NCBI GenBank assembly: GCA_977030845.1
Contig: OZ365109.1
Coordinates: 61,008,001-61,072,000 of the forward strand
Source: Fimbriosthenelais zetlandica
Lineage: Eukaryota
Length of the DNA stretch: 64,000 nt
Direction: 5' to 3'
Position 1 is the stretch's first letter. Every line of letters begins with the position of its first letter. Positions 38,701 through 53,200 of this stretch are shown here, piece by piece. The notes under the pieces were generated by a model. That model did not search any database. It worked only from the letters and a program-made list of their open reading frames with translations, and was not told the origin of the DNA. The translations under genes were made by a program, and so were the position numbers.

Positions 38701-41700
38701 ATCCCTTATCAAAGATCATGGTCATGAAAAAATATCGGAAACAGCACTGTTTTATAGGGCACTGACTTGTATGTTTCCTGTGTGTTTAATTATCTGAGTC
38801 TCACTCGAATCTCTATAGCGAAGGAAATAAAAGACTTGCCTATCCTACAAACCATTTAATAAACTTTAAAATAAACTCCAGGTGTAATAAATGAGGTCAA
38901 TGAACATATATTCAAAAGTTTAAATCATAACTTAACATATGTAATGTATGTCTATGTACATGTATGTTAAACAGGATGACTCATTTAAAATAGTCAAGAC
39001 ATACTTAATTATTCCTCCCCAATTGCATCAACAATCATTGGAAAGGGCAGATTTCCCAACATTGAAGGTTCAATTATTCCTACCCAACTGCATCAAAAAT
39101 CATTGGAAGCCACTCCACAACCCCCTAAAACCCGCACGGGATAATTAATTTTAAATGCATTTGGGAACGAAAAAAAAATCTGCATTTTTGGTAATTTTTG
39201 ACACACCCGGGGCTTACTCGAAAGGCCAGATTTCCCAACATTGAAGGTTTAATTATTCCTACCCAATTGCATCAAACATTATTGGAAGCCATTCCACAAC
39301 CCCCTAAAACCCGCATGGGACCATTTGAAGGCATTTGGGAACGACAACAAAATTCAGCATTTTTTGATCATTTTCGACACCGGCTTACTCGAAAGGCCAG
39401 ATCTCCCAACATTGTAGGTTCAATTATTCCTACCCAATTGCATCAAAAATCATTGGAAGCCACTTCAGAACCCCCTAAAAGCTGCATGGGACCATTTGAA
39501 GGCATTTGGGAACGAAAAAAAAAATCAGAATTTTTGGTCATTTTCGACACCACCGGGGCTTACTCGAAGGCCCAGATTTCCTAACATTATAGGTTCAATT
39601 ATTCCGCCCCAATTGCATCAAAAATCATTGGAAGCCACTTCAGAAGCCCCTAAATCCCATGTGAGACGATTTGAAGGCATCTGGGAACGAAAAAAAACAT
39701 TGTTTTTGGTGATTTTGGTAAGCCCCGGGGCTGTCTAGAAGGGCTAAATTTCCCAACATTGTAGGTTCAATTATGTTTGGTAGCTTACTACTGTTACATA
39801 TTTGTTTTTCAGTGTTTTTGGTTGTGTCCTCTACGAAGTTCCACTACCGCCTTGTCAAGGATCTGCTGCGGGATTATAATCCCATGATCCGGCCGGTAAT
39901 AGAGGGAGACACTCCGGTGACAGTTAGTATCAGGCTGACACTGCACCAAATTAGAGAATTGGTGAGTATTTGCTGACACACCACTATCTGCTAACTCAAA
40001 GAGTATTATGATCACCTTCCCCTTAATAATAAATTTACATACATGTACTTACCCGAGCATGGCCGATTTTTAAATATTATATTTACAATGCACTAACACG
40101 ATTGTCCAGGTTTGAACTAACTGAAATGGCTTTAAATGTCATGAACGCACGCCATGGATTAAAGTTAGAGAACAGAGATTTAGAGTAGCCCGTTTCAAGT
40201 ATCTCCATTTCAATTTTGAGAGCACAGCATACAGAGGAACAAAAACTCTGTCAACACATGCAGGAAATATTGATCACCAACCATCCAAGCCAAATACCCA
40301 TTCATGTTTTATGCCAACTCTCCTCGAAAGATTATTTGTATTCCAAAAATCAATACCAACTCATCATTCGGGCCCAACAATCTCCATTCTTGTTGTAAAA
40401 GTCCACAAGATCCAGCTTTCTCATTTCACAGGTGGTTCCATCGAATTATCCCATATATTTTGACCACTGAATTCCCATAAAATTTGATATTAGTGAAGGC
40501 ATTGAAAAAAAATGCATTGAAGAACATACCCATGTATTTTAGATATTGGTATTACGAGGTATAAGATTAATGTAAGGTGAAATTCTGCAATGCTTTCAGG
40601 ACGAGAAAAACCAACATTTAATGACGAATATGTGGCTGAGATTTGTGAGTATAAATTATAATTATAATATCGATTTTTTTCTTTCTGTTTTTTCTCTTAT
40701 CAGATATTCATATTATTGTTCACGAAAGTTCAATCCAATTGATGCGAAATTCAAATAATGTATTATTTTTCTTTGATTATAAGTTCTGGAAGGATGAGTT
40801 TCTGGCCTGGAATACCACTAAATACAACAATATACAGAGACTTCACATACAGTCATCTAAGATTTGGACCCCAGACATTGTCCTCTACAACAGGTAGGCC
40901 TATATGAACTATTTATCTCGACTCTACTTCTTCCGTCAGCAATTTCTGCATGTAAGGTATGAAAGGGTTGATATTGTAATGGTCATGTACACGTACCCGG
41001 TCGGTGCCACAAATGATATCCTTTATCCTTTTACCTGAGTAAGTCCAATATCAGACCCTTGCTACTGCTGAATCAACCCTGTCATAACTAGTCCTCAGAA
41101 ATAGAATATAAGGTATGTACCTACAAGGACCATACTGTTTGAAAGGGGCTTACTTTAATGCATGACGTATATAAAAAAAACATTAGGCAGGTCAACACCA
41201 AAAGGATTTGGCACCGTTCACTCCAGGAAAATGTGTAAATATGAGGCCCATTTCAAAGTGAATATTAGCCATAGATTTTATCTAGCAATGTTAATATTGC
41301 TTTTGAAACGTGCTCGAGTCCTCTGCAGATTGTGTCCAGTCCCCTGCACATTACAGGTCTGCCAGAGACCCAATCTGCTTGTTGTAGACAGTCAAGGGGT
41401 AGCTTCACTTGTGACTTTACTTCGGCATGTCTATTCCGACTTTTCCCCTGTACCAGATTCTTCTATTTTTTTTCATACTTTCTTTCTTCCCCTTTTGTAT
41501 TGTAATCGAATGTTATGTACTGTAATTTTTCTCTAAGTACATATAAATACCACAATTGATCAATTGAATCAACAACAAAAAGAAAGATACGACTCAACTG
41601 AACGAGTCGTCTGTTTGCCTGATAACATCAGCCTTGATCCAATTGAACTCAAATGTAAAATCAATGACAATCACCAAACTATCCTCTCACCTTATCTCTT

Positions 41701-44700
41701 GTTAAAGTTTTCCTCCAAAGAACATCGGCACATTTACGTATTTTGCACGTGTTTCCAAGTCAGTTGATTCTTTACAATTTTTCCAAATTTTATCCATTAT
41801 CGCCTCTTCAAAAATGATAGATGCAGCTAAGCTGGGTTTTTGATATAGTACAAGACGGCCTTTTTGATGCAAGTGCAACTGAGAAAAGTCGCATTGCGTT
41901 ATTTTGCTTCATTTTGCAATATCTGACACATTAGTTTGTGATGTGGTCACATTAGAGGCACCTATAACATAACATCTTTCAAAGAAGAAATCCATAAGAG
42001 ACGATTGCTTAAAAAGAATAATTTATGTTCCCATGAAATTTGAAATTTTTGGCAACAAGATGGGATAGAGGATCTTCTCGGTGAGTATAGAAGTAAAACA
42101 TTCCAATCACCTAATATATTTTGTACTGTTTTTCACTATTTTTATATTAGTACCTACATTTGATTATTCCTGCAACTAAATTTGTATGGGACTAAATTAT
42201 ATACATCCCATTTAACCCTATTCTCCAGGACAGTATGGCACTATGTTCACTTAATACTTTGGCCCCAGAACCGAAATTAGCAGCATATTATTGGCTAGGC
42301 AACTGCTGGATAATATCAAAAGAGATATTATATATGGGTCATATAATGTATTATTGGTTGAGGCAGAAATGTAATTTGCACGAGCAGATTACTCTCTTTG
42401 CCAAATGTATTTAGTTATAACACTGTACTTCGTCTATCCATTTCCTTTCACCTTTTAAATTCGAGGGATAGTTACACTAAGTTACAGTTGGTCAAATCAG
42501 TGTAACGAAATGTGTAACGATTCTATTAGACTTCAATAATGCCATGTCAGTATAAGCTCTAATTCATGAAATCTTATTTATAGGCCGGTCCTTTTACTGT
42601 TTGCACCAATATTCTACTTTGCCAACATATTCTTAAAAGGCATCAAGAATGTTCAAAGTAAAGACCTGTAATAATAATAAAAAAATCACTGTCCTCCCAG
42701 AGGACGGGGGCAGAGCCAGAGGGGGATCAGGGGCCTAGGCTGTTCAAAGATGATTAAATTTTCTTTACTTCCTTTATTCAGAATCGGTTCAGCTGACAGT
42801 ATAAGAACCGATTTAACCGAGGACCAAACCGGACCCAGTTGAATCAGAACATTATAGGGATGACCATTTGTAATGAAGTTCCATATAGGTTAAAACAATA
42901 TGAGGCTTTGCCCTGTAATAAACCCGGATCCACCTCTGGGTGTCCAGCCTTTATCAGGTTGAAGCACTGCCCCCTTTAACCATTACCTTGCCCATTTCTT
43001 CTTTTTATTTTCCAGTGTCGACGAAGAGCGGACGGCTGCTGATCTTATGGCGGACACCAACGTTGAATTATCGCCTGATGGCACAGTCAGTTGGACAACT
43101 CCAGCCATGTTCAAAAGCGCTTGCAAAATCGATATTGACAACTATCCTTTCGATGTACAACGATGTCCACTCAAACTGGGCTCCTGGACATATAATGGCT
43201 TGGAAGTCAATGTGACGTCACATGCTCATGACATATTCCTTGACAATCTTATGGCTAATGGCGAGTGGGAAGTCAGTGAAGCACCATGCACACGCAACGA
43301 GGTGTATTATTCCTGCTGTAAGGAGCCCTACCCCGATGTGACGTGTGTCTTGAACATGAAACGACGTCCCCTCTTCTATATCTATAACCTGGTGGTTCCG
43401 TGTCTCCTTCTTATCTTTATTGGCTCACTCGTTTTTTGTCTGCCTCCAGAGAGTGGAGAGAAAGTCTCCTTGGCCATGACAGTCCTTTTAGCGATGACCG
43501 TCTTCATGCTTGTGGTGATGGAAAATATACCTCCTACTTCTGAAGTAGTTCCACTTTTAGGTGAATATTGTTCTACCTGTTTTCTTTTGTTATTTCTTAT
43601 GACTGGTGTCAAACATTTTGCGGTGCTTTCCCTATCAGAAGACCTTTTAGGCCTAGGTTTTTTAGGCCTAGGTTAATTAATAAGTTTTCTCCTTTAGCTT
43701 AAAATATAGTCCTCTGTTGTAGAAGAATTGAGACGTTTTGATAGCAAGTCAAAGGTCAGCTTTGTCTTGATATAGGCCTAAGTGACCGAATATGAAGCTC
43801 ATGCAGACAATCAATATTAGTCATACAATAGCCAATAATCTTCAGTTTAGTGGATATTTCCTAAATTAACCTCTATTATAGGTCAATGCTGTAATATCTT
43901 GTAAGGTAGTGTATACCAGTTATTGTTTTATGCTAGCCTAGTTGGCCTACTCCCTGTAAGAAGCCACCCTTTTACAGTCCATGCCATACAAAGCTACCCG
44001 GAAGTGTCGATAGGGAGGCCGGAAGTACAGATCCATAGGTCTTCGGACATGGATTAGGCCTATAGTAGTGCCGGACGAGGACACCCAGCACGCATACACG
44101 ATTTCAGATAGTTTTGGGAAGGAATTAGCATTATAGATTGGGTGCATGATTGGTGTGTAACGATCACATATATATATATATAGCTACATATTGAGCTAGG
44201 CTATAATTATATAGGCCTAATATAGTAGAGGGCTAAGCATTAGAGGTCGGTGAGAATGGGGGAGGGGGTGGGCGGGGGAGGGTGGTATAGTATGCGGCCT
44301 ACTGAACGCATCAATCAATTCAGGTACCTTCATTGTTGTTTAGGATGTAAGGACTACACTGAATAATTATTTTTATCCATTAAACTATGGGGGATACATT
44401 AGTTACCAATAATTATAATGAAATTAATTATTTATCTAGGATCTAATGGGTAACCTGATTTAGAACTAGGCCTATCCCTCGTTGGTAAACTCTTGACCCA
44501 CCTGGGACGTACAGCAGGCAGACCCTTGAAGTAAATCTCCATTTTAATACTGGAGCTTTGTATTAGGCCATGGAATATGCAAAACCATGCATGCAGTAAA
44601 CTTTGACCAGCCACACGGTTGGCAGAAATAGCCCTTATATATAGACTTTCTCCCTTCTGAGGACCATTGAGACTCTTGCGACTTTCCCATTGGCATTGTA

Positions 44701-45930
44701 GCGGCAGTAATATAACATTTCCTAATGAGAAGAGCTAGCCATTCATACATAAAATCCTATCGTAACAGTTTTTGAACAGGTTATTCTAATCAGACTCGTA
44801 AAACTTTGAAAATGCTCATTTCCTTGGCATTGTAACATATAATACAGACGTTAGAATCATCCTGCTATACAAGAGCTCTATATATAACGGCAGAAGATGC
44901 TGGCGAATAGAGCTGAGACTGCACAGTGCTAGTGTACATGTATACATATCCTGACCTGAAACTGAGCTGCATAGTATTTCCCAGAGCTTTCAATACATCA
45001 TCTTATTACAGAGCTTTAACATTAACAAGTCACCTTTTCATATTAACAGTGCTGTCAATTCTTTTTATTTAATTTTCACAATTTAATGCGAACTCTTTGT
45101 TCATGTTAGATCCATCTTTTTTCTATTGTAGAACAATTCATTGGAGCCACCATCGTCCTACTCACACTCTCTGCCATGACAGCCATATTTACAGTTAACT
45201 TCTTTTTCCGTGGCCACGGTTCAACACGACCTTCAGTCTGCGTTCGTAGAATCATGTTTAATGTGCTGGCCAGGATAGTGCGAGTCAAACTGAATCTGCC
45301 ATGTGTATCTGACACTGAGAAGGTTTGTCTGCTATCATTTGTACCATGATTTTTTAAAAAGAGAAACACGTACATTATTTGGTGCCGATATTTATGCAGT
45401 GTCCTAAGAGACATATATCATTTAAACCACTGCTATAAACTTTAATCTGATTGCCGCTATGTTTGTAAAAAAAAAAAAAATCTAAAAAATATTGGGATAA
45501 AATCAATTTTGATCTACCAATTTTCACTTTTTATTTCTATGTCTCCCTTCCATTCTAGAGACGCAACAGTCTGACAAGAGAGAATGGATGTGTTCGCCTA
45601 TTGCCATGTGCAGCACAAGGTCAGGTACATGACAGTAGCGAAATGGTCTCACCATGTGATACAGAGGAAAACAGTCAAATGCTGCTAAAACTGAGCCCTG
45701 AGGAGTCCAAGTTATCGCCTTCTGGTGTAACAACAGTCATGGAGACAATACTCAGTCGGCTGGAGAACATTAGTCACCTTCTACATGAGAAGGAAGGCGC
45801 CAAGATGCAGGAGGATTTGGTCAAATTAGAATGGAGATCAGTGGCATTGGTTCTGGATCGCATTTTCCTTATCTTTTTTCTTCTGCTCACCTGTATAACT
45901 ATCATTTCCATCTATTCCAAAATACCTTAG
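29770..45930 (+). CDS. Nicotinic acetylcholine receptor alpha subunit (alpha9/alpha10-like), 7 exons, 483 aa
   Basis: Exons 29770-29809 (signal peptide MALYWIRIVTLFQ|VFLVVSS; least certain), 39813-39961, 40600-40644, 40784-40893, 43016-43560, 45132-45322, 45559-45930; 1452 nt in frame. The family-typical 45-nt and 110-nt exons are present. Cys-loop CKIDIDNYPFDVQRC, loop B GSWTY, loop C vicinal cysteines YYSCCKEPY (alpha subunit), cation-type TM2 GEKVSLAMTVLLAMTVF, and TM3 and TM4. Confidence 0.93.
39006..39774. repeat. ~175-bp tandem satellite, about 4.3 copies, in nAChR intron 1
   Basis: Anchor tttcccaacattg(a/t)aggttcaattattcc recurs at 39052, 39231, 39402, 39577 and 39749 (periods 179, 171, 175, 172). 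ORFs 38948, 39198 and 39496 are translations of this repeat. Confidence 0.93.
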
Positions 45931-48900
45931 TGATTTAGAGCTTCACTACCGGAATCTCCATAGCTTTATCTTTCCAGATAATTGCGTTGCTTGTATTCCC
46001 CAGACGTTTGTTATTGGATTCTAAGGATTGGATCTGCATGTCTTGGTTTTTTTGTCAATATTTAAAGATTGAATGTCCTGCTTACACCAGGTTGAAATAA
46101 ATTATACAAGAGGGAAGTCTTCCGAGAGAACAGATCCCTATAGTGTAACTTTCTCAAAGGATAACTATTGTCTTGTATTTTGAAGAATGGATATTGCGTA
46201 TCAAAAGATTCAAGGCAAAGTGGAAAGGATCTTGACTTTTAGACAGTGAAAGGTCCTGCTTTGTCACTTGCAGAGATAGGATTCCAACCCTGAGCCAAAC
46301 TACAGGGAATGATACAAGAACTATATCAATGTACTTTGTGTGTTGTATAATTCACTTGTCCAGGAAAATAATTGCCCAAGAACCTCCTGGGGTAGAAGTA
46401 TAATCCTTCCTCCTTTTAGAGAGGGTATGAAAATTGCGCCCATTGAATAACCCTACTCTAATATTTATTGATGCTGGATTCCCCTCTGAAATGAATTCTT
46501 TCATGTATAGGCTATTCAAGAATGGAGAATTACTGACCCAAGAGAGATTGGACCTGAGTGATATGTAGTCATGAATGGGAGTAACAACAATGCCCATGAT
46601 GTGGTAGAATATCCATTATCCTCTCATTTAATAGACTTTTGGCATATTGACACTTTGCAAGATGATCACGGATTGAAAATGTGATCTCCTGATACCATAC
46701 AAAGTTCCATCTTTCCCAAGTGCAGGCGGCAATAAAGAAAAGAAAGGATTTCCCAAAACTAAAGTTGTAACTTTAAAGACAGTGTTGCTGCTGAATTTGT
46801 AAATATACGATCCTCAAAATACTCGTAGTTTTGCATACATTATTAGCTTAGATTCAGGAATTGTGTGTTCTGTATTACTGAACATGGACTTTTCATCTAC
46901 TATTTCGCCATTATGACAAGAGGCGAATTAAAAAGTGACTTATTCATGTATCGTCCACAGACATAAGGACTTCGTAGCCAAACCATAATCGGGAGAAACA
47001 TAACAACTATGATGTTCAGATGTATAATTTGTCAGATTTGCAATGTCTGAAACCTGATAGTCATTCTATGGAATGGAATCCTGATGCAGTACTCTCACTC
47101 CTGGTTTTTGCTTAGTGCCCTATTGGAGTGGTCCCCTAGCATCAGGTGGCAGCACTCAGCACAGACTATTAGAAAATCATCAATAAACTCCTGCACTGTC
47201 GAGACTGAAGTGAACACCTCTGGAACCCAATTATCAGTCGCAGTGTGGCCTGGCATCAATGATAACTCGAGAACAAACTGGTTTGTGATCAGGGAAGGAC
47301 AGTGAGTAATTTATGTCTTTTTACACACAACTAAGAGATACTGGGAGTAATCGATCCCGGTAATCTATCCCTAATTGATCGTTGAGAGCAGGAAGAGGTA
47401 GATTATCTAATTAGTCACTCCATTGTGGATCAAACTTGGGATCAGGTTGATAATTTCGGCAAATTCATCCAAAGGTTTTTCCAGTCATCTAGAGAATATG
47501 AATAGGCATTTGTCCCAGTGTCGTGATTATTCGGTTTCACCAGGACCGAGAGTATTCCTGTTTATTGTCATTTCATTAGTCGTTCATGTGAAGGTTATAG
47601 AACTTACTTATAAGTGTTATCCACTTATCGTCATATATGGTATTAAGATCGATGGATGGCTATTGTAATTGTTGATGATTGTAACATCATGTATTCGAAT
47701 ATGACCAATAATACTGGTATTAATGGATTGTAGATTATAATATTGTCCTAGAAACCCAGCCTTGTCCATTACAGCATTATATACGTTTAAATTGGCACAG
47801 AGATGAGTGAAAACGATGTACTCGTTATGTATTTTGTTATACTTTTAATGAACAGAATGAGATGTTAGCAGGCCACCTAGTTTTAAACATGCTAAGGTTG
47901 ACAATGACTGCAGTAGAAATAAGTATGTATAATAGTATTCTTCAAACATTCACAATATCATTTTCTCCTGACATATCAAACATGATTTACTACATGGCTG
48001 GCAGTCCTCATGGGCTGAAAAGTGTAAAATAAATATTAAAATATGTGTTATTACAAGATTATGTTACAAATTACATCATATTAGCAGAATTGAAGAACAT
48101 GTAGTAATGTATTTGTGAGCTTTAATAATGATGGGAATGTAAAATAAAGGTGTTGCTCAGTCTTATATATTATGGGGGATGGGAATGCTGGTAGATTCTG
48201 GGAATGTAGAAGTGCCGAGGTGATGAGGAGGATGATCCAGGCTATGATGATTGTAATATGATTTGATGCTTTTCAATATGGTCTTCAATAAACTGCAGAT
48301 GAAAGTGTAAGGGAAGTTTATAACTGTAAAGTTGCATGCATACCTGCCCAGAAGAATACAATGTTCACATTATCGATGCGGTACGAATTAAGCATTTTAC
48401 ATATATGCGAACTATTCCATGAAAATTAAATTATTCCTGCTGCGTCCTATGAAAGCATACATGGTATCATTATACTTTTGCAGTTTTTCTTTATGTAAGC
48501 ATGTCACAAGTGTGACACTAGATATACTGGCTGGAGGTAGCGTAGACTGTCAATCTATACAACAATATTGATCATTTCAATGAATAGTAGAAGGTATAAA
48601 ATGATTTGTGTATGGCAGGTACCTTATACCCTTTTGACTATAAATGTCATCAATTATAAATCGGTGCCATGTTTCAAATGACGATGGAATCTGTACAAAG
48701 GATCCATATTCCATAAATTTTAACAATAAATGTATGTACTGTATTATGAAGTCCTTATGCGCAATTAACATATTATTTGATCTCACCTTGGACCCAATAG
48801 TATGTAGGTCTACAAATCCCAGGCGATTAAATAATCTGCGGCAACAGATATTACAGGACATAAGGACACTTTCATTTAATAAATTAGTAAAGATTATAGT

Positions 48901-50226
48901 GAGCACATTATTTACAAAAGCTATTCCATATGGTGCCCTTATAAGTCTTGCTTCAAAATGTGCCCCATCCTATTTTGGCGTTTGCAGATACTCTAGGTTT
49001 GGAAACAATCGTAGAAAAACATCCTTTACAAATGGAAGACATGTGTAATTTAGTAATCATGGGTGTATAAATTATATCAATCCTAAGGACACAATTTTAA
49101 ACAGTTCCAGTAGAAAATATGTTTTGGGAAATCCTTGTATATATTGGATACTGATTTAGTTTTTGGCAATTGTATCTGTAATAGCAAATTGGATGTTTAG
49201 TTAAATGTTAAGTCTAGCCAGTATCAATATCAACATCTTACGAAACAATTTCCTCTGGGACCTTTCTTGCTTTAATGAGCTTTGGGCGATTTCCAGGTTT
49301 AACTGAGATGCCAATAAATGTCATATAACATAGGCAATATCTGAATATTTTGAGACGTTGAAAAAGTAGGCCATATCAGACAAGACATTCAAAATGTTCA
49401 TTTAAAGAACGAAAGGATAAAAAAAGAACGCTGTGAAAGGAATGGCAAATTTAAAATGATAATTCCCATGATGAATATAGGCCTATGAAAAATACCATTA
49501 AAATTGCTATTTTCCAGGTGTGTCTATTAATCTACCAAGTTAGCTAAACTGTTTCATTTTGGGGACTTTCTTGCCAGTCCTCAAGTTTAGTGACAACTCA
49601 AAATTATTACAGAAAAGCGTGATTACAATTAAAAATCAAAACGTTCACATGCAGGATAAAAAGAATGCTTGCTATATATAAAGCTAAAACAGGGTAAATG
49701 CATTAAGTAAAACAAGTCATTTGTGGTCAGTTACACTCCTCTGTGGACTGCAAAAGTAACAATCCTACAGTGTTATCCTGCAGGTAATTATTCACATATC
49801 ATCTGATCAGTGTCAGTCCTTTCATAATGCTAATTATTCAAATACATCTTCATCTATGATATCAATAGGTCAATATCCTCATTGGAACAGTAATCCAGGC
49901 TGGGTATGCAAAATGCATTGGATGCAACTTTGCAGATATCACCCTTGCAGTGGGCTTGGCTTCTAGCCTGTTGGAGCTGCGACTCCCCTTCCATAGCTAG
50001 TGAGAATATCTTGGAATTTGTCAGTCTTAGCGGCGTATGAGAACTTTCTATATCTGCCAGAGTTAACAATTATCAGCTCCTTGAACTGCCATTTGTTAGA
50101 TTCATGAAGCAGTCAGTTATTGGATCATTCGCTCACTTCCCATTATGGGTTATTGTTATCGGTGGGCTCTTCATTATTGATGGGATGAGCTGAAACGTCA
50201 TTTCTGTTGACGTCAGACTCCTGACG

Positions 50227-53200
50227 TCAGCTGTCGACGTTGCAGACGTTCACACCCAGGCTTTTGAGCCAAATGATGAGTTCTGTTCTGAACTGTCCCC
50301 AGTATGGCAGACAGGAGGCCACGTTGAAGCCAGGGTTGGCTGGGTCTCGTACAAGAGGCGTCGGAGGTTCAAAGTCCACTGGGTATCGCTCTGGTAGGTA
50401 GAAGGTGCTCCAGGATATGCTAAATAAAGAAATTATTCATTACGGTGAATACAATAGCATATAATAAAAATTGTGTGTAGATGGCTAAATATTTAGTTTG
50501 ACACACGGGTCCAATAAGGACCATTCATTAAGTGCTAATTATATAAGTATCACAATAGCTTTAGTTCCAAACGGTAGATGAGATAAATGGAATGTTAAAT
50601 TCAATTGTTGAAATATATGATAGACGCCTACTCACCTCAATTCAGGTGCAAGCACAAGTGCACCAAGCCTTTGTAGAACCCGTTTCATATCAACACTAGA
50701 ATAAGGACAAAAAATTTACATGATTAGCAAAATGATGAACTGAATTTTTTTTAATGGAAGCCTCTCCCTCTAAACTTTAAAATCTGAGTTAACCGGAGTT
50801 GGTGTAGGATAGTCTACAATGACTCAAGATATACTAACGATCGAGTGTCCTCAACAGACTTGATGACGAGGAGAGACAGGAGAAATCCATCTGGCCTGTA
50901 CAATGTCTTCTTCCATTGGACACAATTCCTCCAATGTTTCACCACTTTGATAATTTCCTTCACCTGTAAAAGCAATATCTCAGCTGAATTAGATTAAAAA
51001 AGTACTATATGACTGCAATTGCACTGCCATCCTAAATTCGCAAATATAAATTAATAAAAACAATAAATTAACAGAAAATAAATTAATAGAAACAATGGTA
51101 GGCCTACCTCGTTTGGTTGATCTGTGATGAACTTTTTCTGGAGGCGAGCTGAGCCTAAGGCACACCATTGCTTGCCTTTGAGGATATCCTGTTTGCATGT
51201 TAGATCATAGAGGGCATTGTAGCCACCTCTCCGTGCCTCATCCGTGTCCCAGTCATAGGAGAAGTGAATATCTACATCAACGCCGCCACAAGTGAACTAG
51301 AAAACCAAGAGAGTATAGCATTAGAAATATCGCATTATCTTGAAGATTTGGTTATAAAAATTCCAACAAATTGCAATGCACAATTGCTCAGGATTTTAAG
51401 TGGACCGTAGTGCTTTCTGTAGAAAAGAAAAGTACAAGGAAAATGTAACATACCTGTAATGCATGAACGGCTTTGGTGAAGTCTTGACATTTTGGGAGTG
51501 GGAAGAAGGGGTCAGGGTTTGTGACAGCGTTCTGGACAACTTTGCTTGTGGCATGTAATAATGCTGGCATCCATGCTGACTGGCCAGATATTGGTAAATC
51601 TGAATAAAATAGAAGTTATCATACATAATTCATATTTTGCATAGAAAAGACGTTTCCAATAAATAATCAATCCAAAGACGAATTAGACTTCTCATTCACA
51701 TACGATCAAAAAGGGGGAAAACTAAAACTGTGTATAATGTGTTGTTCATCTCTTTTGGGGACAGGAGTAATTGTTGGCAACAATTTTCTACAAATACATG
51801 ATTCACCACTTTGATGAAACTCCCAAGACACGCAATACTGCAATTTGCTCATCAGGCCTCTAGTTCCGTCACAGTCTACACGGGGGCAGCAATGTTAGCA
51901 TTGCATGTGGAGTGAGCTTGACTGTCTGGGCATCCAACTTTATTAATCTATGCTAATATAGACAATGTTCATTGACGCAATGATCACTCAAAGATAACAT
52001 AAAATGTCACATTGTATAATACAAATATTTAAATTCAATCGGCATAAATATTAGAACAATCGTAGGCTTACGGATTGCAGAGGGTCCAATGACATGAAAC
52101 CCATTCAGTATGACGCAAACATTCGATCGCTAAACTTTTATAGAGGAGTAACAAAGTTGAGAGGGAGATAACTACACTCTCCAGCATCCACAGTTATCCT
52201 AGGACATTCCCATACATATAAACTGCCCCAAGTCCAGTGACCTGCTACCAGGCCTCAGGCCATGGCGCTCCCGGGGCATGTCACACCATTCACCGTGCAT
52301 ATGATATATATAGACCTGTTTACTCTTTTGGCATAACTTGCCAAATCCATAATTGGACATGGCTTTTTCAGCTTTTTACTCAGCCATAAGAAAAGCTTTT
52401 GGCTGGGAAAATGCATAATTGTTCTATCTGGATTGTCTGCCAGGTTGAGGTTGAAGCAGATTCTGAAGGTCTGTTAACTTTTGAGAGGGTCAACGAACTT
52501 TTCCATTATATTTTGGACTCATTACTTATGGTTCATGTTCTAAAGTTATCAATCTTAATTTGAGTGGTAGCTGTTTTCAGATTAAAGTGTTGCTTACCAG
52601 GGCTGTATATAACAAGGTCTACATCCATCCTACTCCGAGTGGAGGTACCACTACCCTGAGAACCAAACTCCAGAACCTCAGAGACTCTCAAAGGTATACG
52701 TTGCTGGAAAATGATTATTAATTCCAAGTTTAATTGACGGTCTTGAATATCCATGTGACAGGTTGAGCAATGAGGTTATACAATCTGCATTAATCAATTA
52801 AGTAGCCTACGTAGCATTAAAGCATTTGAATGCACTAAGGCCTTGTAAAGAATTAATTTCAATGACCCAAATAGCCATATACAAGTACCGTAGGATATAT
52901 CCTTGCAAAAGCAACGCAGGTTACTATCAGCAATCATTCTAGAACATTGCATTGCTTCGATAGATTTCCTTTCTAAATTATTAACTCTCGAATGTAACAA
53001 TTGTTCTACAGCATATTTCAAAATAATCTTGATCGTGATTAAAACCTTATAGGGACATACTTGAAGGAATCTTATGAGGGTGGCCACGATCTCCTTCTGT
53101 TTGCCGACATCAACAGGACTTGGCCTGGCCTCCGTGAAGAGGGAAGTTTCATCAGAGACAGCTATACCGCTCTCCGTGGACACGTCTTCCCGTGTACCGT

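Noticed and set aside
50227-50245. C-terminal CaaX prenylation motif as in OAS1 p46
   Set aside because: The protein ends VCNVDS; the Cys is at position -5, not -4.
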